This document shows, piece after piece, positions 18,537 to 29,353 of a stretch of 64,000 nucleotides of DNA (its first letter is position 1; each line of letters begins with the position of its first letter). The stretch is taken from NCBI GenBank assembly GCA_050633365.1, contig JBOEGJ010000003.1, forward strand, positions 1,172 through 65,171, in the 5' to 3' direction. This DNA comes from Cellvibrionaceae bacterium (lineage in GTDB: Bacteria > Pseudomonadota > Gammaproteobacteria > Pseudomonadales > Cellvibrionaceae). Position numbers and translations under genes: made by a program. The notes beneath the pieces are model-generated. The model had not been told where the DNA came from. It searched no databases and was given only the letters and a program-made list of their open reading frames with translations.

Positions 18537-18833
18537 ATGGCTATTGGTGTAACGGCAAAACTCACCGTACAAGACGGTAAAAACGCAGAGTTCGAACAGG
18601 CATTTGGCCGCCTGAGCGAATCGGTAAATTCGCTCGAGCCGGGGTGCCGACTTTACGCGCTGCATCAATCGCGCAGTAATTCTCAGGTGTATATCGTACT
18701 GGAGCAGTATGACGATGAAGCCGCCTTAGCCGCTCACGGTAAAACCGATCACTATCTCGAGGCAGGAAAAGTATTGGCCACCTGTTTGGCCGCCGCGCCA
18801 GAGATAGAGTTGATGGATTCGGTGGCGAGCTAG
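18537..18833 (+). CDS. Putative quinol monooxygenase (ABM domain)
   Basis: EPGCRLYAL, LEQYDDEAALAAHGKT; GGAG RBS before ATG 18537. Confidence 0.88.
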   Translation: MAIGVTAKLTVQDGKNAEFEQAFGRLSESVNSLEPGCRLYALHQSRSNSQVYIVLEQYDDEAALAAHGKTDHYLEAGKVLATCLAAAPEIELMDSVAS

Positions 18834-18892
18834 AGACCGATAATGGGTCTTGGGATTAATCTGTGTAGCTGATGAAAAGATAGGAGAAAACC

Positions 18893-19567
18893 ATGGTCGA
18901 GAATGAGTCCAATTATTTGCGGATTGATATGGTCTCGGATGTGGTTTGTCCTTGGTGCATTATTGGTTATCAAAAACTGCTTAAAGCCCTTGATCGGGTA
19001 AAGCACTCTCGACCGGATCTAGAGGTCGAGGTTGTTTTTCAGCCCTTTGAACTCAATCCGAATATGCCGCCTCAGGGGCAAAATGTGAATGAGCACATTG
19101 CCGAAAAATACGGCGCCGATCAGCGTACCATCGATGACAATCGAGCGCGCATGAGAGAGGTGGGTGCGGAACTGGGGATTACCTTTAACTCCAATGATCA
19201 AGCGCGTATTTACAACACCTTTGAGGCGCACAAGCTTTTGCATTTCGCCCACACAATGGGTCTGCAGCTAGCGTTAAAGCTGGCGTTGTTTGACGCCTAC
19301 TTTAGCCAGCGTTTAGACGTGTCGAATCGAGAAGTGCTGATTGAACTGGCGCTAAAGGTGGGATTGCCCGAAGATCAATCGCGAGCGGTATTAGAGGGTG
19401 ACGAGCTAGACTCTGTGGTTCGAGCAGAGCTGCAAAAATACATAAATGCGGGCGTGAGCTCTGTACCGACCTTTATCTTCGAGCAAAAATACAGTATCAA
19501 CGGCGCTCAAGAGCCGCAGGTCTTGCAACAAGTCATTGAGCAGCTGCTCGATGCTCCTCGTGAATAA
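18893..19567 (+). CDS. DsbA-family oxidoreductase (FrnE-like)
   Basis: SDVVCPWCIIG, PFELNP, NTFEAHKL, SSVPTF. Confidence 0.92.
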   Translation: MVENESNYLRIDMVSDVVCPWCIIGYQKLLKALDRVKHSRPDLEVEVVFQPFELNPNMPPQGQNVNEHIAEKYGADQRTIDDNRARMREVGAELGITFNSNDQARIYNTFEAHKLLHFAHTMGLQLALKLALFDAYFSQRLDVSNREVLIELALKVGLPEDQSRAVLEGDELDSVVRAELQKYINAGVSSVPTFIFEQKYSINGAQEPQVLQQVIEQLLDAPRE

Positions 19568-19581
19568 ATACCGCTGGTGAT

Positions 19582-21102
19582 TTACATCGATAGAAATTGA
19601 TAATCCAATGTTAAACCCAGTGGTGAAAATTGCTCTTGTTCTGCGTCTAGGTCGGCACTAAACAGCGCAGCTCGTGGCTGCCAAAGAGGCTGGAACACGA
19701 TGTGTAAGTGATTGTTATGGTCTGCATCGATCTCGAAGCTGCCAAGAGTTTCGGTTTGACGAAATTGATTGAGGCGAATGGCCAACCGCAGCAGCAGTGT
19801 GATTTTCAGCAAGTCGTTGAGCTTCAGAGTGTGAAGTTCAGGCATCTGCACCATTTTCAGTGATTTTCGTTGACTCAGTAGCAAAAAAGCCAATACCGAT
19901 TGTTGCTCGTCATTGAAGCCAGCCATATCCGTCTGTTGCACAACGTAAGCGGCGTGTTTGTGGCAACTCAAGTGATTGATGTGATGGCCGATTTCGTGAA
20001 GTTGGCATGCCCAGTCGAGCAAATGACGGTAGAGCGGCAAATCCAATTGCCACTGCGGAGCGATTTGATCGTAAATAGAGAGGGCGGTCTTTTTGACTTT
20101 TAGGGCGTGGGCTTGATCGCAACCAAATCGATGGGCCAGCAGCGCGACGCTTGTGTGGCGGTTATCGTGATTGAGCAAGCGCTCTTGGGTTTCTGCCAGC
20201 AGGCCTTCACGCAACGCCGCATCGCTGTAACTGAGTGAGTCGATGTGGAGCAAATCGAATACGGCTATCAAAATCGCTAAACCGCCGCAAATGGTAGGGA
20301 TTCTATCGGTCGCTAACCCAGGCCATTGAACGCGTTCGCGGTGACCGGCTTGCAGTAATCTATACTTAAATTTTTCGAGTATTTCTGCTGTTAAGGCGCC
20401 TTCAGAGAGGCCGGCTGCTATTGCGCTGTTGGTCAACGCTTTAATCGTACCGGAGGAGCCAATGGCATTTTTCCAGCCCAATTCCATGTAGCGTAAACGA
20501 ATGCTTTCGAGTTGCTGTTCCGAATAAACAACGGCAGCGTTGAAACCGGCCTCGGTAATCTCGCCATTGGGGAAGAAGCGTTCACTCAAGCTGACGCAGC
20601 CCATGTCACAGCTGTGCAATAGCTTGGCTTGGGCTCCTTTGCCGACGATTAACTCGGTGCTACCTCCGCCAATGTCAACCACCAAGCTGTGGTTCTCTCG
20701 GTGCTGGTCAAGGGATACGCCTTGATAGATCAGTCGCGCTTCGGCGGTTCCAGACAGAACTTCAATGGGGTAAGGGAACAGTGCTTGCGCCGCTTGAGTC
20801 AGCTGGCTGATGTTCTGCGCCGCTCGAAAGGTAAAAGTGCCGACGGCGCGGACATGATCGGGATTGAAGTCTTGTAGGATTTTCCCGAACACATTTAAGG
20901 TGTCGAGTGCGCGATCGATGGCGGCCTGATCGAGCTTGCCGTCTTCACCTAAGCCCGCGGCCAAGCGTACTTTGCGCTTTTCTCGATGATAGGTTTTGAT
21001 GCCGTGCGGGCCCAATTCGGCCAAGGTCATGTGAAAGCTGTTTGAGCCCAGGTCTATCGCGGCAATACGGCGCGGCGTATCGGGGAATGCTTGTTCTGTC
21101 AC
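19582..21102 (-). CDS. ppx: Exopolyphosphatase (Ppx/GppA family)
   Basis: AAIDLGSNSFH, EARLIYQG, DIGGGSTE, ALREG, C-terminal HD-like domain; GTG 21102 has an AGGA RBS (ORF open to 21153). Confidence 0.93.
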   Translation of the reverse strand: MTEQAFPDTPRRIAAIDLGSNSFHMTLAELGPHGIKTYHREKRKVRLAAGLGEDGKLDQAAIDRALDTLNVFGKILQDFNPDHVRAVGTFTFRAAQNISQLTQAAQALFPYPIEVLSGTAEARLIYQGVSLDQHRENHSLVVDIGGGSTELIVGKGAQAKLLHSCDMGCVSLSERFFPNGEITEAGFNAAVVYSEQQLESIRLRYMELGWKNAIGSSGTIKALTNSAIAAGLSEGALTAEILEKFKYRLLQAGHRERVQWPGLATDRIPTICGGLAILIAVFDLLHIDSLSYSDAALREGLLAETQERLLNHDNRHTSVALLAHRFGCDQAHALKVKKTALSIYDQIAPQWQLDLPLYRHLLDWACQLHEIGHHINHLSCHKHAAYVVQQTDMAGFNDEQQSVLAFLLLSQRKSLKMVQMPELHTLKLNDLLKITLLLRLAIRLNQFRQTETLGSFEIDADHNNHLHIVFQPLWQPRAALFSADLDAEQEQFSPLGLTLDYQFLSM

Positions 21103-21178
21103 GGCGAATCCTAAAAGTGTAGAGACTAAACGGCCTCGTCTCTGCTGATTCACCGATGTTCTGTTGCAGATCGATTGT

Positions 21179-23344
21179 TCAGTCGAGATCTAAATCGCCG
21201 TTCTCTTTTTCAATTCTACTGAGATATTGGTGGATCGCAATTTGTGAGCGAACTTTTTTGCCTCCGCTCTCATCAATGTAGGGATTGGACTGCAATTTAT
21301 TGATTAATCGAGCCTTGGTATTATCTTTCATGTGCAGATCAAAAATATTCATGACCTGCCTGCGCAGATGACGATCGTAGATCGGAACGCCCACTTCGAC
21401 GCGATGATCGATGTTGCGTTTCATTAAGTCTGCTGAGGTGATATAGACCTTGGGGTCGCCGTCGTTGCCAAAGATCATGACGCGAGCGTGCTCTAAGAAA
21501 CGATCCACAATACTGTGAATTTGGATCTTATCACTGACGTCCTTGTCCTCCATGCGTAAGGAGCACATACCCCGCACGATGAGTTTTACCTCGACGCCAC
21601 TTTCTGCCGCTTTGCACAATAATTTGGCGATGGGGTTGTCGCAGAGGTTGTTGACCTTCATGTGAATGTAAGCGGGCTTACCCGATTGCGCCAAGCGAAT
21701 TTCATGCTTAATCAGATCTTTGATGCGTTTGCGACTGTTGAGTGGCGACACGATCAAGTGATTAAAGGTGAAGGGGCGATAACTGTGGTCGATAAAGTCG
21801 AACACTTGGGCGACTTCTTGGGTAATCTCGGGGTGAGCGGTGAAGTAGCTGTAGTCGGTGTAAATCTTTGCGTTGCCCTCGTGAAAGTTGCCGGTGCCAA
21901 TGTGTGCGTAGCGCTTGGGACCATCGCTTTCGAGGCGTTCGATAAGGCACAGCTTTGAGTGAATTTTAAGCGTGGGAATACCGAAAGCGACGCGAATACC
22001 CACGGACTGCAGCTGCTTCGAAAGCTCGATATTGTTTTGCTCATCAAAGCGCGCGTGCAGCTCGACCACCACGGTGACCTTTTTACCGTTGCGTGCGGCG
22101 TCGCATAGCGAGTGTAAAACCCGAGAGTCTTTGGCGACGCGATAAATATTAATGGTGATTTTGTTTACTCGAGGATCAAACGCGGCCTGCCTCAAGAGCT
22201 CGGTGAAATAGTCAAATGAGTGGTAGGGGTAATACAGCAATACATCTTCTTTGGCGATGGCATCGAGGGCGTTGTCGCAATTGTCGAAGGCAAAGCTGGG
22301 TACTCGAGGGAGTTTACGGTGCTCCAAGGAGACTCCACCGACATTGGGAAATTTAATGAAGTCGCGAAAGTTGCGATAGGGTCCGCCGGGCAGCATCGAA
22401 TCGTGAGAGGCAAACTTTAGGCGTTTGGTTAAAAACTGCAGCAGAGATTCTGGCATCTCTTGGTCGTACACCAACCGCACAGGTTCGGCGTTGAGGCGGC
22501 GACGCAAGCCTTTCGACATTTTGTCGAGCATACTCTGCTCGATTTCATCGCCCAAGTCCAATTCGGCGTCGCGAGTCATCTTAAATGAGAAGGCGGTGAT
22601 AGAATCGTAGGTAAAAACCGCTCCAAAGATTAAGTCGAGGCAGTGCTTTAAGGCATCGTCGAGCAGCAAGAATTGATGCTGACGATTGTTGTTGGGCAGC
22701 AGGATAAAGCGCGAGGTTTCATCGGTGGGGATTTCGACCACGGCGTGTTTACTGGTATCGCCTTCGCGCATCTCTACCGCCATGTAGAAGGCGTCGTCAC
22801 TGAGTTGAGAGCCCAAATCCATGTCGCGATGGACGATGATTGGGCAAATTAACGGCAATACCGACTTGCGGAAATACTGTTTGAGCCAAATCGATTGCGG
22901 CTCACTCATATCCTCATGGGTGGGAAGAATCGTGATGTTGTTGGCTTGTAGCTCTGTGTTGACTTGCTTGTAGAGTTTGTCGAACTGCTTGTTGAGCTTG
23001 ACCACCTTGTCTTGAATGTCTTGCATTAGGCGCTCGGCATTAACGTCGTCGTCAGAGCCTTCGGTGGCGATGTGCGGCAATAGGATACGGCGGCGCACAT
23101 CGGCGACTCGAACGCGAAAGAACTCATCCATGTTGTTGGAGAAGATGCCCAAAAAGCGCATGCGCTCGATAACGGGGGTCGAGGTGTCGGCGGCCTCCTG
23201 CAACACACGCTCATTGAATGACAGCCAGCTGATTTCACGGGGCACGATATGGATCGGCATGTGTTTGGCCGAAATCTTGTCGTCGGCTTTGGGCTCTGAC
23301 TTGTCCGCGCTGTGGCGAGAAGTCGATGTTTGGTCTTGCAGCAT
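21179..23344 (-). CDS. ppk1: Polyphosphate kinase 1
   Basis: REISWLSFNERVLQEA, ELHARFDE, KIHSK, HIGTGNF, DRFLEHAR. Confidence 0.97.
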   Translation of the reverse strand: MLQDQTSTSRHSADKSEPKADDKISAKHMPIHIVPREISWLSFNERVLQEAADTSTPVIERMRFLGIFSNNMDEFFRVRVADVRRRILLPHIATEGSDDDVNAERLMQDIQDKVVKLNKQFDKLYKQVNTELQANNITILPTHEDMSEPQSIWLKQYFRKSVLPLICPIIVHRDMDLGSQLSDDAFYMAVEMREGDTSKHAVVEIPTDETSRFILLPNNNRQHQFLLLDDALKHCLDLIFGAVFTYDSITAFSFKMTRDAELDLGDEIEQSMLDKMSKGLRRRLNAEPVRLVYDQEMPESLLQFLTKRLKFASHDSMLPGGPYRNFRDFIKFPNVGGVSLEHRKLPRVPSFAFDNCDNALDAIAKEDVLLYYPYHSFDYFTELLRQAAFDPRVNKITINIYRVAKDSRVLHSLCDAARNGKKVTVVVELHARFDEQNNIELSKQLQSVGIRVAFGIPTLKIHSKLCLIERLESDGPKRYAHIGTGNFHEGNAKIYTDYSYFTAHPEITQEVAQVFDFIDHSYRPFTFNHLIVSPLNSRKRIKDLIKHEIRLAQSGKPAYIHMKVNNLCDNPIAKLLCKAAESGVEVKLIVRGMCSLRMEDKDVSDKIQIHSIVDRFLEHARVMIFGNDGDPKVYITSADLMKRNIDHRVEVGVPIYDRHLRRQVMNIFDLHMKDNTKARLINKLQSNPYIDESGGKKVRSQIAIHQYLSRIEKENGDLDLD

Positions 23345-23630
23345 CGTTGGCTGGTCTCAACTTGTGGATCGTTAATTGATAGCGAAATGGATTGTGAAAA
23401 GGTCTTCAAAAGTATAGTTAGCTTCCGGCGAGCTTATACTCCGAGCGCGGCAGATTTGTGACAGGGCGCTAAGGATATTGGCACGTTTGGGCTGCGTTTC
23501 AGAGTCAAACCTCGACTTTTACCATGATTGTAGTGCGCTTGTGCCAGATCAACCTTCTTTTATGTCTCCATGGCATATAGTCTAATGACAGATGCACGGA
23601 ACTTCACCTGTAATTAATAAAGGAATCTCT

Positions 23631-24533
23631 ATGGCCAGTCCGCAGTCCGGTATTTTGGCGACTATACCCGCCACCGCTACTTACCTTTCATTTAATCGCC
23701 GTCCAGAAATGCGTGCTGACGATTTACGCCAGCTGCTGGCTATGTTGGGTGAAGAGGTGGACGGCAATGAGCTGGTGGTGGGAGTCGGAGCACCCTTGGC
23801 GCAGTTTTTAGCTGCCGAGGTGCCGAGCTTGAAGCCATTTCCGGCGCTAATGGGCAGTGGTATTGCGGTGCCATCGACCCAGAGCGACCTGTGGCTATGG
23901 TTGCGACGTGGCGGAGCCGGTGAGCAGTTTCACCGAGCGGCGCACCTAGTCGACACTTTGCAGGCGGGATTTGAATTGGCCCATTGTGTCGAGGCTTTCC
24001 AGTACAGTGACAGCCGCGACTTGACCGGCTACGTCGATGGTACCGAAAACCCGACCGGCAGTGATGCTTTGGCGGCGGCTATTCAGCAGACTGGAGCGGC
24101 GGGCCTGTTGGGGTCTAGCTTTGTTGCTGTGCAGCAGTGGCAGCACGATTTTTCGATGTTTGAGTCGATGAGTCAGCAACAACAGGACCACACGATTGGT
24201 CGCCGTCGATCCGATAATGTCGAGTTGGATGATGCTCCAGCCTCGGCCCATGTGAAGCGCACAGCGCAAGAGAGCTTCGACCCTGAAGCCTTTGTGGTTC
24301 GCCGCTCGATGCCTTGGCGTCAGGAGTTGGATGGCGGGCTTCAGTTTGTCGCCTTCGGTAGCTCTTTCGATGCCTTCGAAGCCCAGCTCAAGCGAATGAT
24401 GGGAATGGACGACGGGATTGTCGATGGATTGTTCAATATTTCCCGTCCCCTCACCGGTGAATACTACTGGTGCCCACCGATGACGTCCGGTCGTTTAGAT
24501 TTGTCAGTTTTGGGTATTCAATCTGAGCGCTGA
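23631..24533 (+). CDS. Dye-decolorizing (DyP-type) heme peroxidase
   Basis: DLTGYVDGTEN, IGRRRSDN, SAHVKR, VRRSMPW, GEYYWCPP; AAGGA RBS. Confidence 0.93.
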   Translation: MASPQSGILATIPATATYLSFNRRPEMRADDLRQLLAMLGEEVDGNELVVGVGAPLAQFLAAEVPSLKPFPALMGSGIAVPSTQSDLWLWLRRGGAGEQFHRAAHLVDTLQAGFELAHCVEAFQYSDSRDLTGYVDGTENPTGSDALAAAIQQTGAAGLLGSSFVAVQQWQHDFSMFESMSQQQQDHTIGRRRSDNVELDDAPASAHVKRTAQESFDPEAFVVRRSMPWRQELDGGLQFVAFGSSFDAFEAQLKRMMGMDDGIVDGLFNISRPLTGEYYWCPPMTSGRLDLSVLGIQSER

Positions 24534-24651
24534 TATCAAGGTTGTCTTAGCCAAAAAATACGAAAAAAACGGCTTGATGGCAAAATTACCCATTTAGGGG
24601 ATGCGACAAAGTCGCCACCGTGTATAATCTGCCCTCCTTTGTTGGGTAGAG

Positions 24652-25635
24652 ATGGTTATGTCCGAGGATTTCCCGGTCAAACGAGTGGCAGTATTAGCGA
24701 CGGATGACGTCTATGGCGGTAACTTAATGAGTTGTCGCGATATTCTTCATGGTATCCAGTTTCGGGCGCAGCGCCTGCCGGGCCCCGACCTCGAGTTTTC
24801 GATTCTTTCCCCCAACGGCGACAATGTTCGCAGCTACAGTGGTGCCTCCATCGGATGCGACGGCGCGCTCGACGACAGCGAGTGGGATGTGGTGATTTTG
24901 CCCCATGTCTGGTCCAAACCCGATCGCTTGAAAGCTCTAAGCCCCGCGATCACTCGCTGGTTAAAACCCCACTTAGAGCAGCGCAAGCTAACCTTAGCCA
25001 TGGGCTGTGGCGTCTACTGGATTGCAGAATTGGGCTTTCTCGACGGCCGTGAGGCCACTACCTATTGGCGTCAACACGATAACTTTACTGAGCTTTTCCC
25101 TGGGGTTCAGTGGGAAAAAGATAAGGTCATCACCGAAAGCGAGAACATATATTGCGCCGCAGGCGGCAATTCGATGGCCGACCTCATGTTGAATTTGGCC
25201 ATTCGTCTGTTTGGCGACAGTGTCGCTCGTGGCATCAGCCGCGACATCCTATTTGATATTCGTCGCAGCTATGACTTTGCGCCATTGCGAATGAGCAGTC
25301 AGCGCAGTCACGGCGATCGTCTAATCGAGCAGGTACAGGCCTGGTTAGAAAGTCGTTATTCAGAAGAGATTCGTCTGGCCGATGTGGCTCAAAGCCATGG
25401 CATGAGTCTGCGCAATTTCGCTCGCCGTTTTTCTGCCGCAACTGGTGAAAAGCCGCTGGCCTATTTACAGCGTATTCGCTTAGAGGCGGCGCGAGATTTG
25501 TTGGTCCACAGCGATAAAAGCATCAAGCATATATCCCTAGACGTGGGTTACAGCGATAGCAGTTATTTTTGCCGGTTGTTTCGAACGCAGGTGGGACATA
25601 CTCCCGCCGCTTATCGCAAACAGTTCAGTAATTAA
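24652..25635 (+). CDS. GlxA-family AraC regulator (DJ-1/PfpI + double HTH)
   Basis: GCGVYWIAELGFLDGREATT; C-terminal SLRNFARRF and GYSDSSYFCRLF. Confidence 0.92.
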   Translation: MVMSEDFPVKRVAVLATDDVYGGNLMSCRDILHGIQFRAQRLPGPDLEFSILSPNGDNVRSYSGASIGCDGALDDSEWDVVILPHVWSKPDRLKALSPAITRWLKPHLEQRKLTLAMGCGVYWIAELGFLDGREATTYWRQHDNFTELFPGVQWEKDKVITESENIYCAAGGNSMADLMLNLAIRLFGDSVARGISRDILFDIRRSYDFAPLRMSSQRSHGDRLIEQVQAWLESRYSEEIRLADVAQSHGMSLRNFARRFSAATGEKPLAYLQRIRLEAARDLLVHSDKSIKHISLDVGYSDSSYFCRLFRTQVGHTPAAYRKQFSN

Positions 25636-25757
25636 TTAAAACAAGGTCATCAGCGCTTAGCGCGATCCGGATCATTAAGCAGAAGTGATCGGGGTGGGAT
25701 CTGTAGCTCCCGGTGGTGTTAAACTCTGCGCACATTTATCCTTGGGGAACAGCCAGT

Positions 25758-26213
25758 ATGCATTGTCCATTTTGCAGTGCGGAAGATACAAAAGTGATTG
25801 ATTCTCGATTGGTAGCCGAGGGCGATCAGGTGCGTCGTCGACGCGAATGTCTGTCCTGTCATGAGCGTTTTACCACCTATGAAACGGCGGAATTGTTACT
25901 GCCAAAAGTGATCAAACAAGATGGTTCTCGGGAGCCGTTTGACGAAGCAAAACTGAGTGCCGGCTTTTTGCGGGCCCTGGAAAAGCGCCCGGTGAGTGTC
26001 GAAAAAATTGAGTCCTCTATCAGCCAAATAAAGCATGCCTTGCAAGCCACTGGCGAGCGAGAAGTTCCGGCTTTGATGATTGGCGAAAAGGTCATGGAGC
26101 AACTGCGAGCGCTCGATGAGGTTGCCTACGTTCGATTTGCTTCCGTATACCGACGCTTTAAGGATCTCAACGAGTTCCGAGAAGAGATCGATCGCTTAGA
26201 GAAAAAGCCGTAA
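25758..26213 (+). CDS. nrdR: Transcriptional repressor NrdR
   Basis: [24 protein letters not shown]-cone, YVRFASVY. Confidence 0.97.
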   Translation: MHCPFCSAEDTKVIDSRLVAEGDQVRRRRECLSCHERFTTYETAELLLPKVIKQDGSREPFDEAKLSAGFLRALEKRPVSVEKIESSISQIKHALQATGEREVPALMIGEKVMEQLRALDEVAYVRFASVYRRFKDLNEFREEIDRLEKKP

Positions 26214-26260
26214 TTTACGGTCTTTTGTCTGCCCACAGATTAGAGAAAGATAGTGACACC

Positions 26261-27373
26261 ATGCCTTTAGAAGATAGCCATTACATGTCTCTCGCGCTTC
26301 GCTTAGCCGAGAAAGGCCGCTATACCACCATGCCCAACCCTCGTGTGGGTTGTGTCATTGTGCGCGACGGAGACATAGTGGGGCAGGGGTGGCATAAGCG
26401 TGCCGGAGAGGCCCATGCCGAGATTAACGCGCTGGCCGAAGCTGGTGAAAACGCTCAGGGCGCGACCGCGTATGTGACCTTAGAGCCCTGCAGCCACAGG
26501 GGGAAAACCGGTCCCTGCTGTGAGGCGTTGATAGAGGCCGGCGTCGCGCGAGTGGTATACGGGATGGAAGATCCCAATCCTCAAGTGGCCGGAAACGGCC
26601 TCAAACGCTTGACCGAGGCCGGAGTGAATGTGGACGGGCCGGTGTTGGAAAAAGAAGCCTGGGAGCTTAATCCCGGTTTTATTCGGCGCATGGAAACGGG
26701 ACGACCTTACGTTCGCTGCAAAATGGCCATGAGTCTTGATGGTCGCACGGCAATGGCCAGCGGTGAAAGTAAGTGGGTCACCGGTCCATCGGCCCGCGCC
26801 GACGTGCAAAAGCTAAGGGCGAGAAGTTGCGCGGTTATCACCGGTATCGGCTCGATCCTACTGGATGATTCATCACTCACGGTACGCGAGCCAGAATTAC
26901 GTCTCGACAATGCTCACGAGGCCGCACAACTCCAGCCACTCAGAGTGGTTTTAGACTCAAAACAACAGCTGCGAAAAAGCCATATAGTGGTACAATCGCC
27001 GCCCGCTACGCTAGTGGTCTCGGCGCAGCCAGAGTGCGACGCAGAATTGTCTGGCGCGGATGTCGAGCAAATGTCTATGCCTGGCGTCGATGGTCGAGTC
27101 GATCTCGACGCGTTACTGCAAGAATTAGGGCGCCGACAGTGCAATGAAGTACTGGTTGAAGCAGGAGCCAATCTTGCGGGCGCATTTTTACGACGCGGTC
27201 TCATCGATGAGTTGGTGATTTATATGGCGCCTAAACTCATGGGAAGCAACGCTCGTCCCTTATTTGAACTGCCCCTGCAGACCATGTCTGCTCAATTGCC
27301 GTTAACCATCAGCGATGTTCGCTCGGTGGGCAATGATTGGCGAATTACAGCGCGGCCAGACCCGGAAGGTTAG
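26261..27373 (+). CDS. ribD: Bifunctional deaminase/reductase RibD
   Basis: PNPRVGC, HAE, TLEPCSHRGKTGPCC, SLDGRTA, LVEAG. Confidence 0.97.
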   Translation: MPLEDSHYMSLALRLAEKGRYTTMPNPRVGCVIVRDGDIVGQGWHKRAGEAHAEINALAEAGENAQGATAYVTLEPCSHRGKTGPCCEALIEAGVARVVYGMEDPNPQVAGNGLKRLTEAGVNVDGPVLEKEAWELNPGFIRRMETGRPYVRCKMAMSLDGRTAMASGESKWVTGPSARADVQKLRARSCAVITGIGSILLDDSSLTVREPELRLDNAHEAAQLQPLRVVLDSKQQLRKSHIVVQSPPATLVVSAQPECDAELSGADVEQMSMPGVDGRVDLDALLQELGRRQCNEVLVEAGANLAGAFLRRGLIDELVIYMAPKLMGSNARPLFELPLQTMSAQLPLTISDVRSVGNDWRITARPDPEG

Positions 27374-27450
27374 TCCCGAATACACACTTAGTGGGCTGAC
27401 GCCATGGCGGTATCTGTCTGCACCTGCAATGAACAAGAAGTGAAAGCATC

Positions 27451-28116
27451 ATGTTTACAGGCATTATTGAAGCAGTAGGTGACATTGTTGCCGTAGAGCC
27501 CAGCGGTGGCGATTTGCGACTGCGTGTTAAAACCAACGGGTTGGATTTGAGCGATGTCGCCCTGGGCGATTCCATTGCTACCAATGGCGTCTGTTTAACC
27601 GTTATTGAGTTGCCCGGTGATGGTTACTGGGCCGATGTCTCAGTCGAGACGCTGGATAACACGACCTTGCGCCAATGGTCGGTGGGTATGCCCGCTAATT
27701 TAGAAAAGGCGCTGACCCCTCAAACCCGTTTGGGCGGGCACATGGTCAGTGGTCACGTCGACGGTGTGGGTGAAGTTGTCAGTCGCCATCGGGATGCGCG
27801 TTCGGAGCGCTTTCGCATCAAAGCGCCGGCTGAGTTAGCGAAATACATCGCCCACAAGGGTTCAATCACGGTCGATGGCACCAGCTTGACCGTAAACGCG
27901 GTGGATGGCGATGAATTTGAGCTCAATATTGTGCCTCATACCATCGAACGCACCGTCATCGGCAGCTATCAGGCCGGTTCGAAAGTCAATTTAGAGGTCG
28001 ACGTTATCGCACGTTACCTAGAGCGACTACTATTAGGGGATAAAGCGGCTGAGTCGTCATCCTCAAAGGGCATTGATCTGGCCTTTTTGGCAGAACATGG
28101 TTTTCATCGTGGCTGA
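27451..28116 (+). CDS. ribE: Riboflavin synthase (alpha chain)
   Basis: MFTGII N-terminus, GDSIATNGVCLT, GGHMVSGHVDG. Confidence 0.97.
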   Translation: MFTGIIEAVGDIVAVEPSGGDLRLRVKTNGLDLSDVALGDSIATNGVCLTVIELPGDGYWADVSVETLDNTTLRQWSVGMPANLEKALTPQTRLGGHMVSGHVDGVGEVVSRHRDARSERFRIKAPAELAKYIAHKGSITVDGTSLTVNAVDGDEFELNIVPHTIERTVIGSYQAGSKVNLEVDVIARYLERLLLGDKAAESSSSKGIDLAFLAEHGFHRG

Positions 28117-28192
28117 GTGTCGCCTCTGCGACGTTTGGTAGAGACATTTTTTAGCACCGTTTAACGGCGGCATTGATTAAGTAAGGTTGGTT

Positions 28193-29311
28193 ATGGAACT
28201 CAATACAGTAGAAGAGCTTATCGACGATATTCGTCAGGGCAAAATGGTCATCCTGATGGATGATGAAGATCGCGAAAACGAAGGTGATTTGGTCATGGCT
28301 GCCGAGCAAGTTCGGGCAGACGACATCAACTTCATGGCCACACACGCCCGCGGCTTGATTTGCCTGACCTTGTCTCCGGCTCGCTGTCAGCAGCTGGATC
28401 TGCCGTTGATGGTATCGGATAACTTGGCTCAGCATTCCACCAACTTCACCGTGTCTATCGAAGCTGCCGAGGGTGTTACTACGGGTATATCTGCCGCCGA
28501 TCGCGCTCGCACGGTTCGCGCTGCGGTTCAGCGCGATGCCAAGGCCTCTGATATTGTTCAGCCGGGTCATATCTTTCCATTGATGGCGCAACCTGGTGGT
28601 GTGTTGAGTCGCGCGGGTCATACTGAAGCGGGCTGTGATCTGTCTCGCTTGGCCGGATTTGAGCCTGCGGCGGCGATCGTCGAGATCATGAATGAAGACG
28701 GCACTATGGCGCGTCGTCCAGATCTCGAGATTTTTGCCAAAGAGCACAACCTGAAAATCGGCACCATTGCCGACTTAATCCAATATCGCTCGACCAATGA
28801 AAAAACCGTCGAGTGTGTGAATGAGCGCAAAATTCAAACCCAGTATGGCGAATTTAACTTGCATACTTACCTCGACAAAGCGCGACAAGAAAAGCACTTT
28901 GCGCTAACTCAGGGTGATTTGCGCAACGGCGAACCTGCCTTGGTTCGAGTGCACGTAGGCAGCACCGCCCGCGACGTATTTAAAGTTCATCGCGGCAGTG
29001 ATCAAGAGTTCTTACCTTGGACCTTTGATCGCGCTATCGAGATGATTGCCGAAGAAGGCCGCGGCGCTTTGGTGATGATTTGCCACAGTGAAACGGCAAA
29101 CGATATCGAAGATAGTATCGATTGGATGTTGTCCGGCAAGCAAGAGCGCCCAAGCCAAGACCTCGTATACAAACAAGTGGGTACTGGCTCTCAAATCCTT
29201 GTGGATCTGGGGGTGAAGAGCATGCGCCTTATGAGTGCTCCGTTTAAATTTAATGCTATTTCAGGATTTGATCTTGAGGTGGCCGAATATATTGATACTG
29301 GTGTGAAGTAA
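28193..29311 (+). CDS. ribB: DHBP synthase fused to a degenerate GTP cyclohydrolase II-like domain (RibBX type)
   Basis: DDEDRENEGD, GHIFPL, RAGHTEA intact; C-terminal domain lacks the zinc cysteines. Confidence 0.93.
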   Translation: MELNTVEELIDDIRQGKMVILMDDEDRENEGDLVMAAEQVRADDINFMATHARGLICLTLSPARCQQLDLPLMVSDNLAQHSTNFTVSIEAAEGVTTGISAADRARTVRAAVQRDAKASDIVQPGHIFPLMAQPGGVLSRAGHTEAGCDLSRLAGFEPAAAIVEIMNEDGTMARRPDLEIFAKEHNLKIGTIADLIQYRSTNEKTVECVNERKIQTQYGEFNLHTYLDKARQEKHFALTQGDLRNGEPALVRVHVGSTARDVFKVHRGSDQEFLPWTFDRAIEMIAEEGRGALVMICHSETANDIEDSIDWMLSGKQERPSQDLVYKQVGTGSQILVDLGVKSMRLMSAPFKFNAISGFDLEVAEYIDTGVK

Positions 29312-29353
29312 CCGCACCTTTCTTCTAACATTGATTAAAAAGAGTTATGCATC

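Noticed and set aside
23631-24533. DyP as encapsulin cargo
   Set aside because: The C-terminus LDLSVLGIQSER is not a clear targeting peptide, and no encapsulin gene is adjacent
25636-28192. FMN riboswitch in the rib cluster
   Set aside because: No AGGGCGGGG/AAAUUCCC or CCGAC...AGUCYGGAUG-type aptamer motifs in the spacers 25636-25757, 27374-27450 or 28117-28192
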